Assembly: GCF_001997385.1 (NCBI RefSeq)
Contig: NZ_CP019633.1
Span: 540,001-572,000, forward strand
Source of the DNA: Sedimentisphaera cyanobacteriorum
GTDB lineage: Bacteria > Planctomycetota > Phycisphaerae > Sedimentisphaerales > Sedimentisphaeraceae
Length of the DNA stretch: 32,000 nucleotides
Direction of reading: 5' to 3'
Shown here: positions 1 to 9,128 of the stretch, piece after piece
How positions within the stretch are numbered: position 1 is the first letter of the stretch
Layout of the letters: each line of letters opens with the position of its first letter
The notes under the pieces: model-generated
The model's database searches: none
Seen by the model: the letters and a program-made list of their open reading frames with translations, nothing else
What the model was told of the DNA's origin: nothing
Position numbers and translations under genes: made by a program

Positions 1-354
1 TTCAGCTTCCAATCCGAAGCTGTATCTCATCGGCAGTCCTGCAAGAAAGCTCCATCTTTTTTCAGCCAGCTTCACTTCTTTTTCCGTGCAGAGCTGCTCG
101 CGAGTCCAGTATGCAGCGAGCTCTGCGCCGTAGTTGAAGTTCGTAGGCTCGTAAAGCACTGCATAATCGTGGTTGCCCATTATGCAGGTATCTGTTTTCT
201 CTATGATAAGATCAAGGCATTCAAACGGATAAGGCCCGTATCCCAAAACATCCCCAAGGCAGATAATTTTCTTTATGCCTCTGTTTTCGATGTCCTCGAG
301 TACTGTGTTTAATGCTTCAATGTTTGAGTGAATATCGCTGATAATTGCAAACAT
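1..354 (-). CDS. Metallophosphoesterase family protein (N-terminal 118 aa; the C-terminus lies beyond the window edge)
   Basis: Reverse translation from ATG (rc of 352-354) gives MFAIISDIHSNIEALNTVLEDIENRGIKKIICLGDVLGYGPYP...IMGNHDY. The D-x-H, GD and GNHD/E motifs are those of calcineurin-like phosphoesterases. The frame stays open to position 1 (118 codons exactly). Confidence 0.75.
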   Translation of the reverse strand, partial: MFAIISDIHSNIEALNTVLEDIENRGIKKIICLGDVLGYGPYPFECLDLIIEKTDTCIMGNHDYAVLYEPTNFNYGAELAAYWTREQLCTEKEVKLAEKRWSFLAGLPMRYSFGLEAE

Positions 355-366
355 AGCTATTTCCGA

Positions 367-1059
367 TTATTCTTCAAAGGTTTCCATAAATTTGACCGCT
401 GCTTTATCAAGGCATCCGGCCGAGCCGGGGATTATGTCTGCTTTCTTGTGATACTTTTCTATAGGGCTTGCTGCCATACGTGCAAGCGAACTGCTGCAGA
501 TTACCTCTAATCCGTCTGAGCCGATCCAGCTAGAGCGCATTACGGTGAAGCTCATCATCATTGCCGAGATCACATCCGCCTCTTCACGCTCAAGATTGAG
601 GCTTATCGGAGCAAGACTCGAAAAGGCCTGATAAGCCTTAGGCCCGTAGAGGCCGAACATCGCTGTATTCTCCGTAATATCCCTTACAGCAGTCCCGCCG
701 CCTGCAGCTTCATCTTTGAGAAGTTTTAAAACGCTCGCGTTATTTGCCGGATGGCTTATAACAAGCGCCTTCCCGCCGGCAGTTACTGTTCTAACCACCC
801 CGCAGGAGAGTCTGCTGAAACTGCATTCGCCTTCGCGGAGCTTCCCGCCTGCGAGCTTCTCAGCGAACTGCTTGAAGCCTTGGCCTGTAATCTCGAATCT
901 TCCGAATGGAGTAAGGTCGAATGCTATGTTCGATTTGAACAGGGCATCTTCGCACGAAGGGAATTCCGGAAAATCTGCAGGCATATTCCATCCGTAGTAT
1001 TCGGAGAAAACTGCACCGAACCTCTCGTAAAGCTCTGTAAGAGGGCTGATTTTTAGCAT
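367..1059 (-). CDS. GcvT/YgfZ-family (aminomethyltransferase-like, folate-binding) protein, short 230-aa form
   Basis: The N-terminus LTELYERFGAVFSEYYGWNMPADFP...ALFKSNIAFDLTPFGRFEITGQG..FAEKL and the later GLYGPKA resemble the GcvT N-terminal folate-binding domain pattern. It is shorter than canonical GcvT (about 360 aa). It lies 12 nt upstream of the phosphoesterase gene on the same strand. Confidence 0.55.
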   Translation of the reverse strand: MLKISPLTELYERFGAVFSEYYGWNMPADFPEFPSCEDALFKSNIAFDLTPFGRFEITGQGFKQFAEKLAGGKLREGECSFSRLSCGVVRTVTAGGKALVISHPANNASVLKLLKDEAAGGGTAVRDITENTAMFGLYGPKAYQAFSSLAPISLNLEREEADVISAMMMSFTVMRSSWIGSDGLEVICSSSLARMAASPIEKYHKKADIIPGSAGCLDKAAVKFMETFEE

Positions 1060-1197
1060 AATCTACAATTTTAATTTGGTTTAATAAATTTTAAGGCTGC
1101 ACCGAAATGCAAAACATAAACAACCCCAGATTATGGTTTATTTGGCTTGCGAATCAACACTGTTTATAAAATTTTCGCCTGCCTTTGTATAATTATT

Positions 1198-2526
1198 TTA
1201 TATCAGCCGGCATATAAGGTCGTAATCGCTTGTATCGGCAACTTCCGCCTCAATAAATTTTCCGGGTTCAATCTGCTTTTCCGGAACTGCGCACACGCTG
1301 TCTATCTCAGGGGCCTGGCCGTAATACCGTGCCTGCGTATAGTCTTCGCAGAAGCCTTCGGTTAGCAGGGTTAGCTTTTTGCCCTGCATATTGCGGTTTT
1401 TTCGGAAGGCGATTTCCTGCTGGGCTCTCATAATCTGACCAACCCTTTTCTGCTTTATCTCTTCAGGCAGCTGATTATCCATCCTGCCTGCGGGGGTGTC
1501 TTTTTCGGGGCAGAAGGCAAACGCGCCGAGTGCATCAAATTCTGCCCATTTTATAAATTTGAGCAGTTTATTGTGTTTTTCTTCAGTCTCGCCCGGATAA
1601 CCCGATATCACAGTTGTTCTGAGTACAGGCTTATCCAGCTTCGCCCTTATCTTTTCAATAAGCTCGGCAGTTTTCTCTTCAGTATCCGTTCTCCGCATTG
1701 ATTTTAGCAGTTCGTTGTCTATATGCTGGATTGGCATATCGATATAATTTAGGATCTTTTTGTGCGAAGCGATAGTGTCTAAGAGCTTATCGCTCACGGA
1801 GGCCGGATAGAGATACAGAATCCTTATCCACTCTAAATCTGTTTTGGCAAGCTCTTCAAGCAGCTCGCAGAGCCCGTCTTCAAGACCAATATCCTTGCCG
1901 TAGCCGGTGGTGTCTTGCGCGATTAGATTCACCTCACGAACCCCGTTCTCGCTTAGAACCTGCGCCTCGCGGATTATCTCAGCCTTAGGCTTGCTCCGGA
2001 AAGGGCCTCTGATTGCAGGTATCGTGCAGAAAGAGCAGCCTCTCCCGCACCCTTCGCTTATACGAAGATAAGCGCTGCCCGGCGATGTTGTAAGAAGGCG
2101 TACGCTGTCATTTGAGACGAATTTCTTGCCGGAGGCTGTGTCAATTTTTCGGCTCCCCTTAGACTTTGCGGTTTTCAGGAGCAGCTCGCCGGCCTTGTCT
2201 CTCTCGCATAGGCTGATAAGGCAGTCTATCTCGGGCAGGGCTTCTGCAAGCTCTCTGCCCATCCGCTCCACAAGGCAGCCTGCCGCTGCTACGAAGCGAA
2301 CCTTGCCCTGTTTCTTGAGCTCTATTCCCTGCCTGAGCTCCTCGAAGGCTTCCTGTTTGGCCGGTTCGATAAAACCGCATGTGTTTACTATATAGAAATC
2401 GGTGTTTTCTGAAGAGCTGTCTAAGATGAAGCCCCGTTCGGCCATATCTGCGAGCATTACCTCTGTATCCACCGTATTCTTCGGGCATCCAAGAGATACA
2501 AATGTTACTGTGTAGTTTTTTGCCAT
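1198..2526 (-). CDS. rimO: Ribosomal protein S12 methylthiotransferase RimO (radical SAM, MTTase family)
   Basis: 442 aa. It has the N-terminal UPF0004 motif VSLGCPKNxVDTE, a radical-SAM CGRGCSFCTIP (CxxxCxxC) motif and a C-terminal TRAM-like domain. Length and order match RimO. Confidence 0.9.
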   Translation of the reverse strand: MAKNYTVTFVSLGCPKNTVDTEVMLADMAERGFILDSSSENTDFYIVNTCGFIEPAKQEAFEELRQGIELKKQGKVRFVAAAGCLVERMGRELAEALPEIDCLISLCERDKAGELLLKTAKSKGSRKIDTASGKKFVSNDSVRLLTTSPGSAYLRISEGCGRGCSFCTIPAIRGPFRSKPKAEIIREAQVLSENGVREVNLIAQDTTGYGKDIGLEDGLCELLEELAKTDLEWIRILYLYPASVSDKLLDTIASHKKILNYIDMPIQHIDNELLKSMRRTDTEEKTAELIEKIRAKLDKPVLRTTVISGYPGETEEKHNKLLKFIKWAEFDALGAFAFCPEKDTPAGRMDNQLPEEIKQKRVGQIMRAQQEIAFRKNRNMQGKKLTLLTEGFCEDYTQARYYGQAPEIDSVCAVPEKQIEPGKFIEAEVADTSDYDLICRLI

Positions 2527-2891
2527 ATTCTGCTCGTCTTAATAATATTGTGATAATATCCGCCAATTATACCGATTTGCGCAATCTTTTAAACGGGCGT
2601 TTGAGAGCCGCTCTGATTTTGCATCGCATTTTCGTGGGAACCAAAACACAGGTTCTTACCCCTAGAGCAGCTTGAATATTTGCAAAGAAGCCGCTGTTTA
2701 TCTAAAAAACTGGGTCGCCGCTCGGTAATATTTTCATTTTTGCAGTTGATTGACTGTAATTTTAGAATACTGATGTTCAATAGAAGTTCATTATTTGTCT
2801 TCTCGGGTTTCCCAGCGCTGCAGTTGTAAAAAAAATGATTATAAGTAAAATATTGCTTCAAAATATAAACTTAAACTTTTGGAGAAAACCA

Positions 2892-3128
2892 ATGAGCGAA
2901 CAGATAAGTGATAAGATCAAAGAGTGTATCCAGCAGATACGTCCGATGCTTCAGTCAGACGGCGGAGATATTGAGCTTGTAGAGGTAACGGAGAACAACG
3001 ACGTAAAAGTTCGCCTTCAAGGTGCTTGCAGAGGCTGTCCGGGGGCGAGGATGACGCTCAAAATGGGTGTTGAAAGAAGGCTTAAGGAGCAGGTGCCTGG
3101 AGTTGGCGAAGTTATTTCAGTGGAATAA
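2892..3128 (+). CDS. NifU-like (Nfu C-terminal domain) Fe-S cluster assembly protein
   Basis: MSEQISDKIKECIQQIRPMLQSDGGDIELVEV...LQGACRGCPGARMTLKMGVE..L matches the NifU C-terminal domain with its CxxC. I chose ATG 2892 (GGAGA RBS at 2881-2885) over the ORF-track start at 2835. Confidence 0.8.
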   Translation: MSEQISDKIKECIQQIRPMLQSDGGDIELVEVTENNDVKVRLQGACRGCPGARMTLKMGVERRLKEQVPGVGEVISVE

Positions 3129-3199
3129 CTTCAGCATAATTGTTGTATTAAAAGAAATATTATTACAGATATAATCATCAAGGATAACGGAAGAAATCA

Positions 3200-5422
3200 A
3201 TGAACAGGATAACCTGGACAAAATCAGATGAGGCCCCTTCGCTGGCATCTTATTCCCTTTTGCCGGTGGTGGAGGCATACTGCAAAGCTGCCGGAATTGA
3301 TATTGAGGTTAGGGATATTTCGCTGGCAGGCAGGATAATTGCAAATTTCCCAGATCAGCTCACGAATGAGCAGAAACAGCCGGACGATTTAGCCTATCTC
3401 GGCGAGCTGGTAAAGCAGCCCGAGGCAAACGTTATAAAGCTGCCGAATATAAGCGCATCAATCCCTCAGCTCGAAAGTGCGATAAAGGAGCTTCAGGAAA
3501 AAGGCTATAACATCCCGAGCTACCCGCACAAGATAAAAACACAGCAGGACAGAAAGCTTATCGATAGGTTTGCCGCAGTTCTTGGGTCTGCGGTTAATCC
3601 GGTCTTGCGTGAGGGCAATTCGGACAGAAGGCCTGCCAAGGCAGTAAAGCAGTTCGCAAAAAAGCATCCGCACGGGATGGTTAAGCCTTGGCCGGAAAAT
3701 GGCAGCAGGGCTGATGTGGCCTATATGCAGGAAGGCGATTTCTATGGCTCTGAGAAGTCTGTTACGCTTGAAAAGCCCAGCAGCGTGAAGATTGAATTTG
3801 TATGCGAAGACGGCTCAAAGAAAACGCTCAAAGACAGCCTGCCTCTGCTTGAAGGCGAGGTAGTGGATTCTGCTGTTATGAACGTTGAAGCTCTCGAGCA
3901 GTTTTACAGCGAGAAAATGAAATTCGCAAAAGAAGAGGGTCTGCTTCTGTCTCTGCACTTGAAGGCCACAATGATGAAGGTCTCTGACCCCATTATGTTC
4001 GGCCATTGCGTGAAGGTTTTCCTTAAAGACGTTATCGATAAACACAGCGAAACTCTCGATTCGCTCGGAGTTAATCTAAATTACGGTCTCGAGAATATCT
4101 TCAGCAAGCTGGAAGGGCTTGAACCCTCCAAAAGGCATGAAATTGAAACAGATATCCGCAAGGCGTATGAAAACAACCCCTCGCTTGCGATGGTTGATTC
4201 GAGAAAGGGAATTACCAACCTCCACGTTCCCAACAATATTATTATAGATGCCTCAATGCCAAACGTAGTTCGAGACGGCGGGAAGATGTGGAACTCTGAC
4301 GATGAGCTTCAGGACACACTCGCCCTCATTCCGGACAGAAGCTATGCCTGCGTTTATCAGCAGATTATTGAGGATTGCAAAGAAAACGGGCAGTTCAATC
4401 CGGCTGAGATGGGCAGTGTTTCCAACGTTGGCCTTATGGCAAAGAAGGCCGAGGAATACGGCTCGCACGACAAGACATTTGAGGCCGAAGCCAGCGGCAC
4501 GATTCAGGTAGTAAGCGATTCAGGCGAAGTGCTGATGTCTCAGAAGGTGAGCAGGGGAGATATATTCCGGATGTGTCAGGCCAAAGACGCCCCTATAAAG
4601 AGCTGGGTGGAGCTGGCTGTGTCTCGTGCCCGCGAGGAAGGAGTGCCTGCTGTTTTCTGGCTTGACGAAAAAAGAGCTCACGACAGAGAGATTATCGCCA
4701 AGGTGAAGAAATATCTGCCCGAATTCGACACCTCCGGGCTTACCATAGAGATTTTAGAGCCGAGAGAGGCTATGAAATACTCCCTCCAGCGGGTGCGCAG
4801 GGGAGAAGATACCATCTCCGTTACGGGCAATGTTCTTCGTGATTACCTCACAGACCTATTCCCTATCCTCGAGCTCGGAACAAGCGCAAGGATGCTTTCG
4901 ATTGTGCCCCTGATGAACGGAGGCGGGCTCTATGAAACCGGCGCAGGCGGGTCTGCTCCGAAACACGTTGCCCAGTTCCTCAGGGAGAATCATCTCCGCT
5001 GGGACTCGCTCGGGGAATACTGCGCGTTAGTGCCTTCACTCGAAAAGATTGCTCAAAAAACGGGCAGCAAAAAGGCAGCATCTCTCGCAGATGCCCTAAA
5101 CAATGCTATCAGCGACTATCTCGAAAACGGGAAAACTCCTTCCCGCAAGGCCGGCGAGCCGGACAACAGGGCGAGCACTTATTTTCTCGCTATGTACTGG
5201 GCAAAGCATCTTGCACAGCAGAAAGAGGACTCAGAGATGGCAGAGCGTTTCGCAAAAGTCTTCAGCAGGCTCAGTGAAAATGAATCCCGAATAATGGAAG
5301 ATCTATTGAAGGTTCAGGGCAGTGCTTCTGATATAGGCGGATACTACAAGCCGGACGACAAACTCGCTGAGAAGGCTATGCGTCCCAGCGAAATACTTAA
5401 TGAAATAATCGAAGGCGTGTAG
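3200..5422 (+). CDS. icd: Monomeric NADP-dependent isocitrate dehydrogenase (about 740-aa type)
   Basis: 740 aa. The N-terminus [24 protein letters not shown]...[14 protein letters not shown] and the overall length are characteristic of the monomeric IDH family (Azotobacter/Corynebacterium type). Confidence 0.92.
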   Translation: MNRITWTKSDEAPSLASYSLLPVVEAYCKAAGIDIEVRDISLAGRIIANFPDQLTNEQKQPDDLAYLGELVKQPEANVIKLPNISASIPQLESAIKELQEKGYNIPSYPHKIKTQQDRKLIDRFAAVLGSAVNPVLREGNSDRRPAKAVKQFAKKHPHGMVKPWPENGSRADVAYMQEGDFYGSEKSVTLEKPSSVKIEFVCEDGSKKTLKDSLPLLEGEVVDSAVMNVEALEQFYSEKMKFAKEEGLLLSLHLKATMMKVSDPIMFGHCVKVFLKDVIDKHSETLDSLGVNLNYGLENIFSKLEGLEPSKRHEIETDIRKAYENNPSLAMVDSRKGITNLHVPNNIIIDASMPNVVRDGGKMWNSDDELQDTLALIPDRSYACVYQQIIEDCKENGQFNPAEMGSVSNVGLMAKKAEEYGSHDKTFEAEASGTIQVVSDSGEVLMSQKVSRGDIFRMCQAKDAPIKSWVELAVSRAREEGVPAVFWLDEKRAHDREIIAKVKKYLPEFDTSGLTIEILEPREAMKYSLQRVRRGEDTISVTGNVLRDYLTDLFPILELGTSARMLSIVPLMNGGGLYETGAGGSAPKHVAQFLRENHLRWDSLGEYCALVPSLEKIAQKTGSKKAASLADALNNAISDYLENGKTPSRKAGEPDNRASTYFLAMYWAKHLAQQKEDSEMAERFAKVFSRLSENESRIMEDLLKVQGSASDIGGYYKPDDKLAEKAMRPSEILNEIIEGV

Positions 5423-5453
5423 ATTTACTGCCCGCCGCAGAAAGTTTTACATC

Positions 5454-6506
5454 GTGATAGATAAGTGGCGAAAAATTGTAAGCGGGGAGGACAGAAGCCA
5501 TGCAGGGCTGCTTATGCTTTGCGTGTTTATTGTCCTCTCCTGTTTTTACCGATTCGCCGTATGGCTGAGGAATCTGCTCTACGATAAAGGGCTTCTCAAG
5601 ATTTCTAAAGCCAATCATCCTGTGATAAGCGTTGGAAACATTACAGCAGGCGGTACAGGCAAAACGCCCCTTGCAATCGAGCTTTGCCGACTGCTTGTTG
5701 GCAAGGGATATAAGCCTGCTGTGCTAACGCGGGGATACGCCTCAGATTCGGGATTTGCAGACGAGCCTGAGGAGATAAAGCTTGCGTGCCCTTCGGCCGA
5801 AGTTTTCATAAATCCGGACAGGGCTCAGGCCGCCCGAAATGCAGAATCGAATTCTGAATGCAATGTTTTCATCCTCGACGACGGCTTCCAGCACAGGCGT
5901 TTAGCGAGGGATTTAAATATTGCTGCTGTGGATGCTGGCTGTCCGTTTGGATATTCAAGGCTCCTGCCGGCGGGACTGCTTAGAGAGCCGATAAAAAATA
6001 TTTCCCGCGCAGACTGCATAGCTGTTACAAAATGCGAAACCGCAGGCGAGAAGGAAATTGAAAATATTCGCAATAGAATTCGCTCTTATAATTCCAGCGC
6101 ACCTATTGCAGTTCTCCGTCAAAGATTTGTATGCTTCCGCACTCTGGACGGACAGACATTGAAGCTCAGGTCTTTGAAGGATAAGAGGGCATTTGTATTC
6201 TGCGGCCTTGCGAACCCTGAGAGCTTTTTGGAAAATGTAACACGAAGCAGAATCGAAATTGCAGGCAGGAGGCTTTTCAAAGACCACCACAGCTACACCG
6301 CCGAAGATCTTGAATTAATCCTTTCCGACTCGTCTAATTCGGATATAATCGTTATGACGCGTAAAGACTTTGTTAAGGTAAGCAGGATTGCTGAATTCTC
6401 CGGCTGGGAAGAGTTCAGGAAGAAGGCGGGCTATTTTGAGCTTTCTTTGGAATTCGTTGATGGCTTTGGCAGACTGGAAGATTTATTAAATGAGCTCGGC
6501 AGATAA
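5454..6506 (+). CDS. lpxK: Tetraacyldisaccharide 4'-kinase (lipid A biosynthesis)
   Basis: 350 aa with a GTG start, an N-terminal membrane helix and the P-loop VGNITAGGTGKTP typical of LpxK. It overlaps hldE by 17 nt. Confidence 0.85.
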   Translation: MIDKWRKIVSGEDRSHAGLLMLCVFIVLSCFYRFAVWLRNLLYDKGLLKISKANHPVISVGNITAGGTGKTPLAIELCRLLVGKGYKPAVLTRGYASDSGFADEPEEIKLACPSAEVFINPDRAQAARNAESNSECNVFILDDGFQHRRLARDLNIAAVDAGCPFGYSRLLPAGLLREPIKNISRADCIAVTKCETAGEKEIENIRNRIRSYNSSAPIAVLRQRFVCFRTLDGQTLKLRSLKDKRAFVFCGLANPESFLENVTRSRIEIAGRRLFKDHHSYTAEDLELILSDSSNSDIIVMTRKDFVKVSRIAEFSGWEEFRKKAGYFELSLEFVDGFGRLEDLLNELGR

Positions 6507-7989
6507 AAGAATTTTAACGGATATTTACGAAAAGCTTTTGAGCCTCTCCAGCCCGAAGGTTTTGCTTGTGGGGGATTTTATGCTCGATAAATATACCCAC
6601 GGCGATGCACTGCGCATAAGTCCCGAGGCTCCTGTGCCGGTTTTAAAGGTTGTTCACACTGAGTACAAATGCGGCGGGGCGGCATCTGTGGCTGCAGATA
6701 TTTGCGAATTAGGGGCAGAGCCTTTATGTATCGGTATTACCGGACAAGATGAACACGGCAGGCTCTTGAGAGATAAGCTGAGGGCTTTAGGAGCAGATAC
6801 ATCAGCCCTTGCAGAATCCCCCGCCAGACCTACAACCTGCAAGAACCGCTTAGTTGGCCTTGCCCAGCACAAACACCCCCAGCAGCTTATGAGAATCGAT
6901 GAAGAATCCAGCGAAGAGCTCGCCGAAGAAGAAGAACAGAATATTCTCAGCAATTTCAGCTCAAAGCTGCCCGAGGCTGATATCGTATGCCTTGAAGACT
7001 ACAATAAAGGCGTATTAACAGAGAATGTGTGCCGCAGGATAATTGAGGCTGCCCGAAATTCAGGCAAAATGGTGGTTGTTGACCCTCCTATGGGACGCGA
7101 TTATCAAAAATTTGCCGGAAGTACTGTAATCACTCCGAACCGAAATGAAGCACGCCTTATCTCTGGCATAGAGATTGATTCGCCTGAATCTGCCGGGAAG
7201 GCAGCCGAGGCAATACGGAGCTGGCTTGATATTGATGCGGTTGTTATAACGATGGATAAAGACGGGGCATACCTAAAGACAGCCGATTGCTCAATGCTCG
7301 TTCCTACAGTGCCCAAAACTGTGTACGACGTGGCTGGGGCGGGGGATATGGTTCTCTCGGCGATTGCTGTGGCTTTGGCTGCGGGCTGGCGATACGAGAT
7401 TGCCGTACACCTTTCGAATATCGCAGGCGGGCTCGAGGTGGAGAAATTTGGCGTAGCTTCTGTAAGCACTGCTGAGATTCTCGAAGAGATCAAAAAACGC
7501 ATTTTCCCCGGGGAAAGCAAGATTGTGAAAATGGCTGATATCAGCGAACTTTGCGAAAGGCTCAGAATCGAGGGTAAAAGGATAGTGTTTACCAACGGCT
7601 GCTTTGACATTATCCACGAAGGCCATATAAATTTTCTCGGTTTTGCAAAAAGCCAAGGCGATGTGCTCGTTCTTGGGCTGAACAGCGATGCAAGCGTTAA
7701 GCGGCTGAAAGGTGAAGACAGGCCTGTAAACGCAGAAAATGCAAGGGCAGCGGTACTGAGCAGTCTTGAGTGTGTTGATTATGTGTGCATCTTCGATTCA
7801 GACTCGCCCCTCGAGATAATCAAAGCTGTAAGGCCGGATGTCCTTGTGAAAGGCAAAGACTGGGAGAAAAAGGGCGTTATAGGAAGTGAATTTGTGAAAG
7901 CGAACGGCGGCGAGGTTGTCTTAGCCGATTTGGTTGAGGGAATAAGCTCAACAGCTATAATTAATAAGGTAAAAGGCAAGAGTTTTTAA
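6490..7989 (+). CDS. hldE: Bifunctional D-beta-D-heptose 7-phosphate kinase / D-beta-D-heptose 1-phosphate adenylyltransferase
   Basis: 499 aa. The N-terminal half is a PfkB-type ribokinase-like domain (GGAASVA, DVAGAGD). The C-terminal half is a cytidylyltransferase domain (VFTNGCFDIIHEGH). This is the classic HldE/RfaE fusion. Confidence 0.9.
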   Translation: MSSADKRILTDIYEKLLSLSSPKVLLVGDFMLDKYTHGDALRISPEAPVPVLKVVHTEYKCGGAASVAADICELGAEPLCIGITGQDEHGRLLRDKLRALGADTSALAESPARPTTCKNRLVGLAQHKHPQQLMRIDEESSEELAEEEEQNILSNFSSKLPEADIVCLEDYNKGVLTENVCRRIIEAARNSGKMVVVDPPMGRDYQKFAGSTVITPNRNEARLISGIEIDSPESAGKAAEAIRSWLDIDAVVITMDKDGAYLKTADCSMLVPTVPKTVYDVAGAGDMVLSAIAVALAAGWRYEIAVHLSNIAGGLEVEKFGVASVSTAEILEEIKKRIFPGESKIVKMADISELCERLRIEGKRIVFTNGCFDIIHEGHINFLGFAKSQGDVLVLGLNSDASVKRLKGEDRPVNAENARAAVLSSLECVDYVCIFDSDSPLEIIKAVRPDVLVKGKDWEKKGVIGSEFVKANGGEVVLADLVEGISSTAIINKVKGKSF

Positions 7990-8008
7990 TTCTGCTAAGG
8001 GGGCATTG

Positions 8009-8998
8009 ATGAAAAATCTCTTTGGTGATGAAGTTAAGTTAGGGCAGGATGAGGCGGCTAAAGAGAAATCTTCGTCCGGCGAGGATTTAGATGAAAGCCA
8101 GAAGGATAAGGCGGTGTTTCTCGATAGAGACAACACTATCATCTCCGATACGGGCTACATTTCAAAACCTGAGCAGGTAAAGCTTATGCCCGGGGCGGGA
8201 AAGGCTCTTCGCTGCATGCAGCAGTTGGGATACAAGCTTTTCGTTGTTACCAATCAGTCCGGAATAGCCAGAGGCCTTTTAACAGAGGAAAGGCTTGCGG
8301 AGATCCACAGCAGATTGAAGAGCCTGCTTATGCAGGAAGGCGTGGAGCTGGAGGATGTTTACTACTGCCCATACCATCCCGAAGGTGAGCTGGAGGAGTA
8401 CAGGAAGGAAAGCTTCCAGAGAAAGCCCGCCCCAGGGATGATTCTTCAGGCTGCTGAAGAGCACAATATCGCTCTGGAAAAATCATGGCTTATAGGTGAC
8501 AGATACAGAGATATTAAGGCCGGACGCTCAGCAGGGTGCTGCACCATCCTGATAAATCTGCCAGGGAATGAAGACAGGAAAGATAAATCAGACCCGCCCC
8601 CAGATTATGCAGCGGTAAATATCAAAGAGGCGGCTAATATTATTATGATGTATCACCATAAGAAAGAAGGAAGGCATAAGGTTTTGGATATAGGAAGTTT
8701 TAAGGCAGACGGTTTAGATGGGCTTGCAGATAGGAATTCGGATGTCTCTGAGCTGGCTAAAATCTTGGAAAGGATGGAAGAAAATATTCTCGGCGAACTG
8801 CAAAGGGGCAGGAATGTATTCAGCAAATGGAAGGCATTTGCCGTGGCAGTGCAGGTTATAAGTATTGCCTGCCTTTTGATTGCTTTAATAGGTGTTTTCG
8901 CAAGCATAAACTGGATTGATTCGGTTTTAACACCCCTTGTATTTGCTGCGGTACTTCAGCTAATGGCTATTTCGGCCTACATGATCAGTAAAAGCTGA
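8009..8998 (+). CDS. gmhB: D,D-heptose 1,7-bisphosphate phosphatase (HAD-IIIA) with a C-terminal extension of about 115 aa carrying two predicted TM helices
   Basis: The core is VFLDRDNTI...FVVTNQSGIARG...YYCPYHPEG...RKPAPGM...IGDRYRDI, which are GmhB HAD motifs including the Cx..CPxH zinc-loop region. The C-terminus contains AFAVAVQVISIACLLIALIGVFA and LTPLVFAAVLQLMAISAYMI. ATG 8009 follows an AAGGGGG RBS; the ORF track begins at TTG 8006. Confidence 0.75.
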   Translation: MKNLFGDEVKLGQDEAAKEKSSSGEDLDESQKDKAVFLDRDNTIISDTGYISKPEQVKLMPGAGKALRCMQQLGYKLFVVTNQSGIARGLLTEERLAEIHSRLKSLLMQEGVELEDVYYCPYHPEGELEEYRKESFQRKPAPGMILQAAEEHNIALEKSWLIGDRYRDIKAGRSAGCCTILINLPGNEDRKDKSDPPPDYAAVNIKEAANIIMMYHHKKEGRHKVLDIGSFKADGLDGLADRNSDVSELAKILERMEENILGELQRGRNVFSKWKAFAVAVQVISIACLLIALIGVFASINWIDSVLTPLVFAAVLQLMAISAYMISKS

Positions 8999-9128
8999 TT
9001 TTTTTCAGAATTTAGCGGTATGTTTAGCAAAAAGTTCTGGAAATTACTGTTAAATTATTTAAAAACATCAGGGCGAATCAAAAACTGTTTGCTTTATAGT
9101 CGAAAAAAATGGTTAGCGTTGTTTATAA

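Noticed and set aside
2589-2861. 90-aa minus-strand ORF in the 365-bp rimO/nifU-like divergent intergenic region
   Set aside because: It has no RBS and an implausible composition. It overlaps the likely divergent promoter region, including a TTGTAA-16 nt-TAAAAT candidate at 2824-2851 for the nifU-like gene. I treat it as non-coding.
7104-7610. 168-aa minus-strand ORF, with similar long antisense ORFs at 9527-9940, 16884-17378, 25081-25599, 26669-27016 and 27053-27493
   Set aside because: Each lies entirely antisense to a confidently identified gene (hldE, mlaE, dnaB, paralog 2, hisF). Their translations are low-complexity, rich in S, A and R, with no recognisable motifs. They are typical shadow ORFs.
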